DNA of 64,000 nucleotides. It comes from a virus. The notes below the pieces were generated by a model. It was not told the origin of the DNA and made no database searches. It saw nothing but the letters and a program-made list of their open reading frames with translations. The stretch lies in the IMG/VR virus record IMGVR_UViG_3300044698_000419, positions 1 through 64,000 of that record; one strand, written 5' to 3'. This document shows, piece after piece, positions 18,053 through 27,644 of this stretch; position 1 is the stretch's first letter, and each line of letters begins with the position of its first letter. A program made the translations under genes and the position numbers.

Positions 18053-19057
18053 ATGTCGGATTCAAGGCACTTCACCGTGGTCGACGACTGGGTCATGCTG
18101 AACCCCGACGTGACGGCCACCGAGTACCGCGTCTACTCGATCATCAAGGGCAACCTCAAGCACGGTTACGGCGGCATCCCCGAGGCGGGATTCCGTGCCA
18201 CCGCAGCCTGGGTGGCGCAGGTCTCCGGCGGCATCGTCGCCGTGAGCACCGCCCACAAGGCGATGCAGGGGCTGGCGAAGAAGGGCGTGCTGCGGCGGCT
18301 CAACAACCCGCAGTCCGGCGAGGGTGCCGACTTCGAGTTCGTCATCGAGCCCGACGAGACCTACGAGGGGGCGCGCAGTGTGATGGCGCGTGCCGCCGAG
18401 GTCAGCCAGACCACGAGCAGGCGCGTCGCCTTCGTGACGATCCCCCTCATGCGCAGGCCGAAGAAGCCGAAGGCCGCCGACGCGGCGCCGCCGTTCGTGC
18501 TGGTGATGGACGAGACCGAGGAAGCGTCGCCGGTCGTCGAACCGGAGGAGCCGCCCGTGGAGGAGGAGCCCGAGTTCGACATGTCGGGCCTGAACGGCGG
18601 GGGCCAGCAGAACCGGCCGACCCAGGCGATGATCGAGTTCGCATCCGAGCTGGAGGCCATCACGAGCCAGCAGTCGGAGGTCAAGCTGCGGCTGATGACG
18701 GGGTCCTGCCGCCGGGTCGCCGAGGCGGTACGTCCGGCGCTGGAGAGGGGCTGGGCGCCCGCGATGCTGGCCAAGCGCCTCGCCGTCGAGCTGAACCCGA
18801 AGATCCACAGCCCCGAGAAGCTGCTGATCACCAAGGCCAGGGACCTGGGCGACCCGCCGCCGGTCGTCGACCGGCGTGACGGGAAGGTTCTGGTGAAGGG
18901 CCGGGCGGTCGACCTCGGTCAGTACGACCTCGGCTTCGGCCATGCCGCGAGCGGTGCACAGCAGCCGACGGCGTCGTTCGTGGCGGAGAAGTCCTTGCAG
19001 GGTGAGGAGAGCAAGGAAGAACGCCTGAAGCGGATCGCGCGCAAGTACAACCGGTAA
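18053..19057 (+). CDS. Phage replication initiator protein (N-terminal wHTH)
   Basis: FTVVDDWVML..VTATEYRVY; directly upstream of DnaB-like helicase. Confidence 0.7.
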   Translation: MSDSRHFTVVDDWVMLNPDVTATEYRVYSIIKGNLKHGYGGIPEAGFRATAAWVAQVSGGIVAVSTAHKAMQGLAKKGVLRRLNNPQSGEGADFEFVIEPDETYEGARSVMARAAEVSQTTSRRVAFVTIPLMRRPKKPKAADAAPPFVLVMDETEEASPVVEPEEPPVEEEPEFDMSGLNGGGQQNRPTQAMIEFASELEAITSQQSEVKLRLMTGSCRRVAEAVRPALERGWAPAMLAKRLAVELNPKIHSPEKLLITKARDLGDPPPVVDRRDGKVLVKGRAVDLGQYDLGFGHAASGAQQPTASFVAEKSLQGEESKEERLKRIARKYNR

Positions 19058-19083
19058 TCCGGACCCGGAAAGAGAAGAGAAAC

Positions 19084-20454
19084 GTGGACAACGTCAAGAA
19101 TTTTCCCGGTACCCAGATCCAGCTCGCCGACGTGGCCACCGAGGACAGCGTTCTCGGTGCGCTGCTGAACGCGGAAGGGCACCCCCTGGACTGCCGTGAG
19201 GAGATCATCGAGATCTTCGGCTCGGCGGGGTCCAGTACCTTCACGAATCCGATGAACGCCAGGATCTACGAGGCGTTCTTGCAGAGCCTGATCGAGCACT
19301 CCTCGACCGGGCCGCACGGGGTGACGTCCATCCTGCGCCGTGAAGGCGAGCTGTCGGACGAGGTGATGGAGCGGGTCTACCGCCTCAGTGGCTCGGCCGG
19401 TGGCCCCGTCGAGGCGACGCACGGCGCCAAGGTGCTGCGGGACCTGCACCGCAGGCGTGTCGTCTCCGCAGCGATGGACGACGGCTCGCGCATGGTCCGC
19501 TCCGGCGAGATGAGCTGCGACGTCGCGATCTCGGACGCCTTCTCGCAGGTGGCCACGGCCGTCGAACTGGGCGAGGTGCCCTCGTCGAGGTTCGAGCGGG
19601 GGCGGCTGGTCGACGAAGGGCTCGGAGTCATCCTGGGCCTGCGCCAGCGGGAGCCCGGCATCTCCTACGGCCTGCCCGACCTGGACGACCGGACCAGCGG
19701 GATGCACGACGGGCACATGACGGCCGTCGGGGCGCGGTCCGGCGGCGGCAAGACGGTTTTCGGGGTGAATGTCGGCAGGCACGCGGCGATCAAGCAGAAC
19801 GTGCCGACCGTGATCTTCTCGCTGGAGATGGGGCCCGGTGACCTGCTTCAGCGGTGCGCCTCGGCCGAGCTGGGCATCCCCTACAGCAAGATCCGGGAGA
19901 ACGACCTCACGTCCGAGGAGCGGGAGAAGGTCGGCCGGTTCGCCGACAGGGAGTACGAGAACCGCAACTTCCGGATCGAGTACGTGCCGGGGGCCACGGC
20001 GGGCGAACTGTACCTGCTGGCCAGGAAGTCGATCCGCGACATGGGCGCGAAGCTCTTCGTCGTCGACTACGCGCAGTCGGTGCAGTCGGACCGGGGCATC
20101 CCGGAGGAGAACGCGAAGATGTCGGAGACGGTGCCCCGGATCCACGACATCTCCACGAAGCTCGGCGTTCACGTGTTGCTGATGTCGCAGCTCAAGAAGC
20201 CGGTGCAGGGCCGGGAGGGCGAGGCGCCCGGAGTGAACGACCTGCTCTACGGAACGAAGATCGAGAACACCGCGACGACCATCATGATGCTTCACCGCAA
20301 GTTCGTGGAGGACAAGCCCGGCTCCGAAGTCGAGGCGCACACGGTGAAGAACCGCAACGGCACCCTCGGCGAGGACGACCTGATCTTCGACGGCGCGCGG
20401 ATGCGCTTCCTGCCGCCCGGCGCCCGCCTCTCCGGAGGGTGGGACCAGACGTGA
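19084..20454 (+). CDS. dnaB: DnaB-like replicative helicase
   Basis: EDSVLGALL N-domain, Walker A GARSGGGKT, FSLEM, VDYAQ, SQL, KNRNG. Confidence 0.95.
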   Translation: MDNVKNFPGTQIQLADVATEDSVLGALLNAEGHPLDCREEIIEIFGSAGSSTFTNPMNARIYEAFLQSLIEHSSTGPHGVTSILRREGELSDEVMERVYRLSGSAGGPVEATHGAKVLRDLHRRRVVSAAMDDGSRMVRSGEMSCDVAISDAFSQVATAVELGEVPSSRFERGRLVDEGLGVILGLRQREPGISYGLPDLDDRTSGMHDGHMTAVGARSGGGKTVFGVNVGRHAAIKQNVPTVIFSLEMGPGDLLQRCASAELGIPYSKIRENDLTSEEREKVGRFADREYENRNFRIEYVPGATAGELYLLARKSIRDMGAKLFVVDYAQSVQSDRGIPEENAKMSETVPRIHDISTKLGVHVLLMSQLKKPVQGREGEAPGVNDLLYGTKIENTATTIMMLHRKFVEDKPGSEVEAHTVKNRNGTLGEDDLIFDGARMRFLPPGARLSGGWDQT

Positions 20455-20891
20455 TCACGGGACAGTTCCTGGGAGTCGACGACCTCGGCCCGCTGGGACG
20501 GCTGGTGGCAAGGGGGGAGATGCTGGTCCTCGACCCCAACGAGAAGCGGATGGTCATCGCCGAACGCGAGTGGATCGCGATGAAGCTCCACGAGGCCGAG
20601 CGCTACTCCAGGGCGTACCGCAAGCGGCTGGCCACGGCGCACATGAGCAACAGCCGTGAGTGGGTCCGCGAGATGGTGGACGCATGGGAGCTGGAGATCG
20701 CCAAGTTCCTGGTCTGCGACAAGTGGCTTCTCCAGGTGCTGGGGAGGCTGGAAAGCAACGAGCAGATGGCGATGAACGTGCCCCCGGACTTCTCGTACGA
20801 CGGGTACGGCCCGGTCCGCGAGCTGAAGAAGCGGGTCCTGGGCGCGAGCGACCGCGAGATGATCGACGGCGCTCGGTTCCGGGTCCAGTAA
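20451..20891 (+). CDS. Hypothetical protein
   Basis: GTGA coupling to helicase. Confidence 0.65.
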   Translation: MITGQFLGVDDLGPLGRLVARGEMLVLDPNEKRMVIAEREWIAMKLHEAERYSRAYRKRLATAHMSNSREWVREMVDAWELEIAKFLVCDKWLLQVLGRLESNEQMAMNVPPDFSYDGYGPVRELKKRVLGASDREMIDGARFRVQ

Positions 20892-21161
20892 GCGCAAAAG
20901 CCAGGAGTCCAGCGTCCGCTGGATGTCCTGGCTTCGCTTCCAGCCCCTCCTGGGGCGGCTCCTTCAGGATGTCAGGCCGCCCCGGGAGGCGCAACGGAAA
21001 TGCGCCGCCCGCATCAGTAGGGGTAGTAGTGGCACCACGAACTGATCGTGATGCAGACCTCGATACACCATCCGCACATAACTGACACCCCCTCTCGCAT
21101 TGATCACCGGTGACCATATCGGAGATGGTGATTCCGCTTGGGGGTGTCGAAGAAGTAGAAG

Positions 21162-21184
21162 TGGCCCAGGCCATGTAGTACGCT
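21162..21184 (+). promoter_or_regulatory. Operator variant TGGCCCAGGCCA plus -10 TACGCT
   Basis: Same 5-bp operator-to--10 spacing as at 23368. Confidence 0.5.
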
Positions 21185-21232
21185 GGGACCAGCCCAACTT
21201 GATGTTGGGCGACCTTCGGGAAGGGTGACGGA

Positions 21233-21769
21233 ATGCTGGTGTCGACGGGACCCATCGCCATGGCCAGGCCGGGCTGGGGGCTGAAGAAGGGCAAGATCAC
21301 CTCGATCGTCGGCAACGACTCCGGCGGTCGGCCGGACGTGCTCTGCGCGCAGATGCTCCTGGGGGCCGCCGTGAGCGGCATCAAGGTGCTCGCACTGCTG
21401 CCGGGCCTACGCGGGGACGACCCCGTGTGGCAGGCGGTCGGCGAACTGCTGGGCGGCGGCGACAAGCGCGTGGCGGCCAGCGAGCTGCGGCAGATCCCCC
21501 TGGTGATGTACGCCTCCGGGACCGGCAGGGAGCACGTCGGCAAGGCCGACCTGGTGTACGCTCCGGGCCTCCGTCCGGGGGACCTGGAGGAGATCCAGAA
21601 GGCCACTTCCGCCGCCGTCCTGACGCTCGCCGACGTCGAGAGCGACGTAGCTGTGTACGGGTCGGCCGAGATCATCCGCGTGGGCGGGGACACGATTCTC
21701 CTCGACGCGGAGGGTGTCGAGATCTCCGTCGTGTACGACCCGAGCGGTCCGGTCTATCGCCCGGCATGA
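21233..21769 (+). CDS. Hypothetical protein, possibly degenerate RecA/DnaB-like fold
   Basis: GWGLKKGKITSIVG resembles a pre-Walker-A strand but no GKT follows. Confidence 0.6.
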   Translation: MLVSTGPIAMARPGWGLKKGKITSIVGNDSGGRPDVLCAQMLLGAAVSGIKVLALLPGLRGDDPVWQAVGELLGGGDKRVAASELRQIPLVMYASGTGREHVGKADLVYAPGLRPGDLEEIQKATSAAVLTLADVESDVAVYGSAEIIRVGGDTILLDAEGVEISVVYDPSGPVYRPA

Positions 21770-21832
21770 TGGTCGGCGCAGCACCCCGTTGTCTACGGGG
21801 TGTAGGCGGCGCCCGGTGAGGAAGGTGCACGG

Positions 21833-23365
21833 ATGGCACAAGGGTCAGGACTGAGGAACGTACTTGCCGCACTGGAGCGGCATGGAAGCCGGGTACGGTC
21901 GCACGGTGGATATCAGACGGCACAGTGCCCGGCGCACGACGACCGGAACGCGTCTCTCAGCATCACGCAGGGCGACAAGGGGGCGGTGCTGAACTGTCAC
22001 GCACGGTGCGACACGGGCGACATCCTCGCCGCCCTGGAGCTGAACTGGCCGGACGTTTTTGACAACGGCGGCAAGATGAACGACGTGGATCGACGTCTGG
22101 CCGCCGACCTGTGGATGCCCTGCCAGAATCCCAAGAGCAAGGGTGGAAACGACTGCCCGGGACACAAGGCGGCCGAATATAGGTACACCGATGAAAACGG
22201 TGTGCTGCTCTACGCCGTCGCGCGTTGTTCCCGTAAGGGTGACGGATGCCAGGGATTCCGGCAGTGGGTGCCGGACCCGACGAAGCCGCACGGCAAGACC
22301 TGGAGGATTCCCGAGGGAACTCGCCGGGTTCTGTACCGGCTGGCCGAAGTCCTCGCCGCCGCCAAGGCGGGCAAGCGGATCTTCCTGATGGAGGGCGAGA
22401 AGGACGCCGACCGGATGAAGGCCGACTATCCCGACGAGGTGGCGACCACGATTGCGGCGGGCGCCGGGCGTAGCAAGTGGAAGCCGGAGTACTGCCGGTA
22501 CTTCCGTGGAGCCTCCGAGGTCATCATTATCGCTGACTGCGACAAGACGGGCCTGGAGTATGCCGAAGAGGTGCATCGGTCGCTCAGTGGGGTGGTGAAG
22601 ACGCGCGTCGTCTGCTCTCCGCTCATGACCGAAGGTGCCGACTTCTCCGACCACCGGGATCACGGTTTTACGCTCGACGAGTTCGAGGTCGTGCCGTTCG
22701 AGCCGATCTCGAAGCGGCCGGACATGGTGATCCAGGTCGAGGAGCGGGACCGGGAGAAGAATGTCGTCTTCAGTGGGTACAGCCAGGAATCCGTGGAACG
22801 GAGTCTGGTCGGCTCGATGCTGAAGTACGGGCACTCGTACAAGATCGCACCCATCGACATCGTCACGGATGCACGTCTGAAGATCGCGGTGCAGGCTGCC
22901 GCACGACTGGCCAACAATGGCCGGTCGATCTCACCCGAGGACGTCGCTCTGGAGATCGAGGAGATGGGGGTGAGCACGTACGACAATGCACTCCCCGAAC
23001 TTCTCAAGGTTGAGAAGGCCGCTTTCTCCGACACCGAGAAGCCGAAAGTTGCAGCAAGGATTCTGCGCGAGCGGACCATGCGCACGCACATGGCTTCCTG
23101 GCTGAACGCGGCGAAGCGCCGGGTCATCAATGAGGCAGTTGACCTGGGTGTGATTCTCGACGAGATGCGGTCGGCTTTTGCCCGGCACGCCGAGGAGTAC
23201 GTGGACCTCAGCATCTACTGCGAGCCGGTCGGCGATGCCTTCTCCGGGGATGTCCTCGAAGAGATCGTCATGGACGAGGTCGAAGAGGCTCCGAAGACGA
23301 ACGTGCGGGCCATCCGGCCGCAGGTCGTCATCCGTACGAAGGAAGCAACGGCCCAGGGTGGCTGA
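21833..23365 (+). CDS. DNA primase (Zn-binding + TOPRIM) with C-terminal extension
   Basis: QCPAHDDRNASL...CHARC; EGEKDAD; ADCDKTG DxD. Confidence 0.9.
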   Translation: MAQGSGLRNVLAALERHGSRVRSHGGYQTAQCPAHDDRNASLSITQGDKGAVLNCHARCDTGDILAALELNWPDVFDNGGKMNDVDRRLAADLWMPCQNPKSKGGNDCPGHKAAEYRYTDENGVLLYAVARCSRKGDGCQGFRQWVPDPTKPHGKTWRIPEGTRRVLYRLAEVLAAAKAGKRIFLMEGEKDADRMKADYPDEVATTIAAGAGRSKWKPEYCRYFRGASEVIIIADCDKTGLEYAEEVHRSLSGVVKTRVVCSPLMTEGADFSDHRDHGFTLDEFEVVPFEPISKRPDMVIQVEERDREKNVVFSGYSQESVERSLVGSMLKYGHSYKIAPIDIVTDARLKIAVQAAARLANNGRSISPEDVALEIEEMGVSTYDNALPELLKVEKAAFSDTEKPKVAARILRERTMRTHMASWLNAAKRRVINEAVDLGVILDEMRSAFARHAEEYVDLSIYCEPVGDAFSGDVLEEIVMDEVEEAPKTNVRAIRPQVVIRTKEATAQGG

Positions 23366-23367
23366 CA

Positions 23368-23391
23368 TGACCTAGGCCATCTGTTAGCCTG
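23368..23391 (+). promoter_or_regulatory. Operator TGACCTAGGCCA plus -10 TAGCCT
   Basis: Recurrent intergenic pseudo-palindrome. Confidence 0.65.
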
Positions 23392-23444
23392 GTCTTACAG
23401 AAGCGGGGCCCCGGTTGAAACCGGGGCCCAGGGAGGGAGACGAA

Positions 23445-23696
23445 ATGGCTCGCACCGCAAGCAGCTCTTTCCGTGAGCGGTACTACGCGGAGGAACTGGA
23501 AGCCGCCGAGACGCCGAAGGAGCAGTTCGAAGTCCTCCGGAGCAGGCTCGCGGCGGACGTGAAGCGCCTGCCCGAAGACCTCCGGCACGGCGTCTACGAG
23601 GACGCGGCCAGCGCCCTCAAGGGAATCATCGAGGCCGTGCAGGATGCCATGGGAGACCTCGGGATCCAGTCCACGCGTGCGAGCGTGGACGCATGA
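23445..23696 (+). CDS. Hypothetical protein
   Basis: RBS GGAGGGAG. Confidence 0.65.
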   Translation: MARTASSSFRERYYAEELEAAETPKEQFEVLRSRLAADVKRLPEDLRHGVYEDAASALKGIIEAVQDAMGDLGIQSTRASVDA

Positions 23697-24076
23697 GACT
23701 CCACGACACCTACCTTGATCTGCACACGGTGGCGAACATGACCGACGGCAGGACGATGGTCGGCTGGCGGCGCCGGATCGAGGTCCGCGAGGACTGGGTC
23801 AGCGTCAGCGTTCTGGCCCCGCCCGAGGAGGCCGGGATCGGCATCGGCGAGCCGGGCCCCGAGGTGAGGATCCAGTGCAAGCCGGAACAGGGCCCCACGG
23901 GACCCGTCGACCGCGATGGCTGGCTCATCCTCGACCGTCTCGTGCCGAACCACGTCTACTGGCTGGAGCTGCGAGCGTTCGGCGGCATCAGCATCGAGCG
24001 CGAGGACGACGACCCGGACTACGTCTGGTACTGGAGTCTTCCGCCGAGCTTGTGGGAGAAGGTCAAGTGCGGGTGA
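23693..24076 (+). CDS. Hypothetical beta-rich protein (paralog pair)
   Basis: WLILDRLVPNHVYWLELRAFG. Confidence 0.65.
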   Translation: MRLHDTYLDLHTVANMTDGRTMVGWRRRIEVREDWVSVSVLAPPEEAGIGIGEPGPEVRIQCKPEQGPTGPVDRDGWLILDRLVPNHVYWLELRAFGGISIEREDDDPDYVWYWSLPPSLWEKVKCG

Positions 24077-24456
24077 ACCGTGGTCGCCTCGACCTGAAGA
24101 GCCTGACCCTGGGAATCCCCTGCACGATCATCACGGGGCTCTCCTCGATCTCGCTCACGCACGTCGGCCGCAACGTCCAGATGGGGATCTACCTGAAGGG
24201 CGTCGGACCGATGCGGCCGGGCGACGATCTCACGTCGTGCCAGGACGAGCACGGCAAGGGGTTCCAGACGTACTGGCTGCACCTCGACAGGCTCTCGCCG
24301 AACAGGCTCTACGAGCTGACGGTCACCAGCTTCGGTGATGGGGTGTGGCCCGGGACGAAGCTCTCGGACAGGACGCCGGGCAAGGATCACGAATACCGGC
24401 AGTACCGGACCGATAACAGGACGATGATCGACAAACTACTGGGGTGGGGAAGGTGA
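24073..24456 (+). CDS. Hypothetical beta-rich protein (paralog pair)
   Basis: WLHLDRLSPNRLYELTVTSFG. Confidence 0.65.
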   Translation: MNRGRLDLKSLTLGIPCTIITGLSSISLTHVGRNVQMGIYLKGVGPMRPGDDLTSCQDEHGKGFQTYWLHLDRLSPNRLYELTVTSFGDGVWPGTKLSDRTPGKDHEYRQYRTDNRTMIDKLLGWGR

Positions 24457-24926
24457 ACGGTTCTCAGAGATCCACCACGATCGACCTGCTGGGGCAGCGA
24501 GAGCACTGGATTGACACGCACGGCTCGACCCACCTGATCCGGGACATGGAACTGCGGTATTGCGAGAACGTCTACGGCTATCTCCTGCGCAACGGCCGGG
24601 GAATAGCCGAGCAGTTGTATCACCGGGTGGTGTTCGGCCCGCAGCCGAGCGGCGACATGGCCTGCGATGCGGTCGACGCCATGACCGAGGAACTGCTGGA
24701 CGCGATTGATCGGCCCGAAGCCTGGATGATGCGTCAGCCCCTCCTGGAGGCGCTGGCCGAACGGATCGAGAACTCCGGCCGCCAGCCGGGGGCGACCTAC
24801 GAAGTGACGGTTGTCCTGAAGCTGACCGTGCCGGTGAACAAGGGGACGGGGATGGCGCAGCGTGCTTTCGAACAGGCCCTGCGGGGACTGCCGTACGAGT
24901 ACGAGGTGATGACTTTTCTGGGATAG
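24453..24926 (+). CDS. Hypothetical protein
   Basis: GTGA coupling. Confidence 0.65.
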   Translation: MNGSQRSTTIDLLGQREHWIDTHGSTHLIRDMELRYCENVYGYLLRNGRGIAEQLYHRVVFGPQPSGDMACDAVDAMTEELLDAIDRPEAWMMRQPLLEALAERIENSGRQPGATYEVTVVLKLTVPVNKGTGMAQRAFEQALRGLPYEYEVMTFLG

Positions 24927-25031
24927 GAGGTGAGCAGGATGTGCGATTGGTGCGGCGCCGGAGACGCCGACCCGTGCCGGATTCCCACGGGAACGTCGGA
25001 GAACCCGGAGAACGAGTGACACGGAAAGGAG

Positions 25032-25406
25032 ATGGGCGTGAGCGCCTGGTCTGATCGCTTCCTCGGAAGCAGGTGGGTGAAGGGTCATGCGAACGGGGTC
25101 GTGACGCACGGCTCGACCGAACCCGTCTTGACGGTGCTGGAGTTGCGCGGCTTCGAGGTCCGCGACTTGTTCCTGATCGGCTTCAACGACAACTGCGGCT
25201 CGATCGTGGTCGAGACGGAGGAGCGGGCGGAGCAGATCGCGACGGCACTGGAGCCCGCGTACCGGGTGAAGATCAAGGCGGAGCGGGACTGCTGGTTCGC
25301 CCAGTTCGACCGGCGGGAGATGGATGGGACGGTGCCGAGCTGGCTCATCACGGACATCACCCTCAAGGACGGCCGCAAGGTCATGGAGAACGGACGCTGG
25401 CTGTGA
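25032..25406 (+). CDS. Hypothetical protein
   Basis: RBS GGAAAGGAG. Confidence 0.6.
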   Translation: MGVSAWSDRFLGSRWVKGHANGVVTHGSTEPVLTVLELRGFEVRDLFLIGFNDNCGSIVVETEERAEQIATALEPAYRVKIKAERDCWFAQFDRREMDGTVPSWLITDITLKDGRKVMENGRWL

Positions 25407-25711
25407 CGTACGTGGAGGAGGCGCGCGAGCGCCTGGTGGCGGCATTCCCCAAGCTGGGCGAGGAGTGCCGCAGTGACCTGCTGGACCTCTACACGCTGCT
25501 CGTGCTGATCAGGGGCGAGGAGGCCACCGAGAAGCACGTGCACGACACCTGGAGCGTGCGCACGTCGCGCGTCAGGCCGGATCACTGGTCGATCGTTCCG
25601 TTCGAGGAGCTGTCAGAGGAAACCCGGAGGCGGGACGCGAAGTACGCCGTCGAGATCCGCCGTATCGCCCGTGAGCTGAACGACCTCGTTCCGGCTCCTT
25701 CGGGAGCTTGA
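25403..25711 (+). CDS. RyR-repeat-like small phage protein
   Basis: HDTW...HWSIVPFEELSEETRRRD motif. Confidence 0.6.
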   Translation: MTYVEEARERLVAAFPKLGEECRSDLLDLYTLLVLIRGEEATEKHVHDTWSVRTSRVRPDHWSIVPFEELSEETRRRDAKYAVEIRRIARELNDLVPAPSGA

Positions 25712-25756
25712 GAAGTCAGATAGCTCACAGCGGAAAAACGCTATGAGATAGCGAAG

Positions 25757-25770
25757 TTCTGTTGTAGAGT
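25757..25770 (+). promoter_or_regulatory. Likely promoter of tRNA cluster (-10 TAGAGT)
   Basis: TGTTGTAGAGT followed by leader hairpin GCCGGGGAGG..CCTTCCCCGGC. Confidence 0.5.
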
Positions 25771-25812
25771 AGAAGACGTAGCCGGGGAGGGGAAACCTTC
25801 CCCGGCAGGCAA

Positions 25813-25885
25813 AGGGACGTAGCTCAATTGGTAGAGCGCTGGTCTCCAAAACCAGTACATGGGGGTTCAAGTCCCTCCGGCCCTG
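25813..25885 (+). tRNA. trnW: tRNA-Trp(CCA)
   Basis: Cloverleaf; anticodon arm CTGGT-CTCCAAA-ACCAG; GTTCAAGTC. Confidence 0.93.
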
Positions 25886-25931
25886 CTGGCTTCCGGGATT
25901 TCATCCCCCCCGATATCCCGGAAGCCGTTAA

Positions 25932-26006
25932 CGGAATGTGGCGCAGTTTGTGTAGCGCGCTCGCTTCGGGAGCGAGAGGTCGCGAGTTCAAATCTCACCA
26001 TTCCGA
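25932..26006 (+). tRNA. trnP: tRNA-Pro(CGG)
   Basis: CTCGC-TTCGGGA-GCGAG; acceptor CGGAATG/CATTCCG. Confidence 0.92.
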
Positions 26007-26175
26007 CTGGATCCCAGGAGTCGTACTTCTTTCCCGAAGGCGTCGTCCACAGCTCCTGGGATCCGAAGTTCCCGCGCCGCTGACGGTAGTCGGAAACGCA
26101 GGTGTGGCAACCTGCACAGAGAGCATCGCCCGCCGGGCAGGCGGGTGGTCGGTAGCAGAAAGGCGATGCTCTCGC

Positions 26176-26248
26176 GCCCTTGTAGCTCAGTTGGTAGAGC
26201 GCTTCTTTCGTAATGAAGATGTCGCAGGTTCGACTCCTGTCGAGGGCT
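26176..26248 (+). tRNA. trnT: tRNA-Thr(CGT)
   Basis: CTTCT-TTCGTAA-TGAAG; GTTCGACTC. Confidence 0.92.
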
Positions 26249-26394
26249 CGACGGTGCACGGTTCGGTCTCAGAAACCGACGCGTGTATGCCGATGGGAAT
26301 CCTGGTTGGACAGACCCGGGTTTTCGGTTGGCAGACCCCTGGTGAAACGCTGTCCCGGGAAGCCAGGGGTTCCGGTAAAATAGGGACGGAGAGG

Positions 26395-26508
26395 ATGAGA
26401 AAAGTGTTGATGGACATCCTGGATGCGTGGTTGCATCACTGGGGATGGCTGTGGATGGTCGTCGGACTCTGTGGGTTCGTCGTCGTGGCAGCCGTTTCCA
26501 ACAACTGA
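26395..26508 (+). CDS. 37-aa single-TM peptide inside tRNA cluster
   Basis: MRKVLMDILDAWLHHWGWLWMVVGLCGFVVVAAVSNN with GGAGAGG RBS. Confidence 0.4.
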   Translation: MRKVLMDILDAWLHHWGWLWMVVGLCGFVVVAAVSNN

Positions 26509-26514
26509 ATACGG

Positions 26515-26587
26515 GCGCCCTTAGCTCAGTTGGCAGAGCAGTGGATTCTTAATCCACGTGTCACTGGTTCAAGTCCAGTAGGGCGTA
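26515..26587 (+). tRNA. trnK: tRNA-Lys(CTT)
   Basis: GTGGA-TTCTTAA-TCCAC. Confidence 0.93.
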
Positions 26588-26669
26588 CTGTCGCATTCGG
26601 ATGGCTTTCCATGGACGGTATGATCCGATGCGATCGGTCTGAGATTCTGGATCGGGGTCTCAGGCTGAA

Positions 26670-26742
26670 TGGGGTGTAGCTCAGTGGAAGGAGCGCCCGA
26701 CTACGGATCCGGAGGACGGGAGTTCGAATCTCCCTACCCCAA
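26670..26742 (+). tRNA. trnR: tRNA-Arg(ACG)
   Basis: Loop CTACGGA; one anticodon-stem mismatch; GTTCGAATC. Confidence 0.88.
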
Positions 26743-26765
26743 CGCAATAAACGAACGATAAACGA

Positions 26766-26841
26766 GCGCCTGTGGAGGAGTCTGGCCGTCCTCACCGCCC
26801 TGTCAAGGCGGATATCGCGGGTTCAAATCCCGTCAGGTGCG
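26766..26841 (+). tRNA. trnD: tRNA-Asp(GTC)
   Basis: CCGCC-CTGTCAA-GGCGG. Confidence 0.93.
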
Positions 26842-26987
26842 CTGGCTTTGGAGAACGTCCGACGGAGTCCGTCATCCCCGAGATGGCTATCCGATGGGCG
26901 GTGAGTGAGCCAGGTGAGTCCATGCCAACCTCGATCCAGGAGGCACTTGGATGGCGGCCCCTGCCTAACCGAAATCAAGGGGTGCAA

Positions 26988-27061
26988 GGATCTGTAGCTC
27001 AGGTGCGAAGAGCGCTCGTCTGAAAAACGAGAGGTCGCTGGTTCAACTCCAGCCGGATCCA
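26988..27061 (+). tRNA. trnF: tRNA-Phe(GAA)
   Basis: CTCGT-CTGAAAA-ACGAG. Confidence 0.92.
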
Positions 27062-27161
27062 CAGGTCGGACGGTAAGTCGTTGACGTCGATCCACTGTGG
27101 CAGGTGGGTCATTCGCGGCGAAAGCGGCCCGTGCGCGGAGTGTTTGCCGTCCGACTGCCAT

Positions 27162-27233
27162 TCCCCTGTAGTTTAACTGGCAGAACACCGGCCTCTGGAG
27201 TCGGGAATCTTGGTTCAAATCCAGGCGGGGGAG
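27162..27233 (+). tRNA. trnQ: tRNA-Gln(CTG)
   Basis: CCGGC-CTCTGGA-GTCGG. Confidence 0.92.
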
Positions 27234-27261
27234 CCGGTCGAAAAGGAGAGGAAGGGAACAA

Positions 27262-27468
27262 GTGAAGTTCACTCTGGAGCTGGACCTGTCGAGCGAAGAG
27301 TTCGCCAACCGCAGTAACAGCGACATGGTCCAGGGTGGAAGCATCGGCTTCTACCTGACCGAGGCCGCGAAGCGCATCGACGGCCACGCGATGGCGGCCG
27401 GAGAGAACGGTAAGATCCTTTCGGATGACGATGACACTGTCATCGGATCATGGAGGATCGAGCCTTGA
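27262..27468 (+). CDS. Hypothetical protein
   Basis: Purine-rich RBS; codon bias. Confidence 0.65.
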   Translation: MKFTLELDLSSEEFANRSNSDMVQGGSIGFYLTEAAKRIDGHAMAAGENGKILSDDDDTVIGSWRIEP

Positions 27469-27481
27469 TCGACGAGTTCAA

Positions 27482-27554
27482 TCTCCTGTAGCTCAATCGG
27501 CAGAGCGCCGGATTGTTAATCCGGATGTTACTGGTTCAAGTCCAGTCAGGAGAG
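27482..27554 (+). tRNA. trnN: tRNA-Asn(GTT)
   Basis: CCGGA-TTGTTAA-TCCGG. Confidence 0.93.
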
Positions 27555-27644
27555 CGTGTGCCGACGACACTATGCAATCCTTTGGTCTGAAAAACCGGGG
27601 AGAGCCGCAGTCGGTGGTAAAGGGCCATGGTGCGCACCGTGGCC

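Noticed and set aside
18919-20340. 473-aa minus ORF, and similar ones at 21845, 30904, 44772
   Set aside because: Antisense to clearly recognisable genes.
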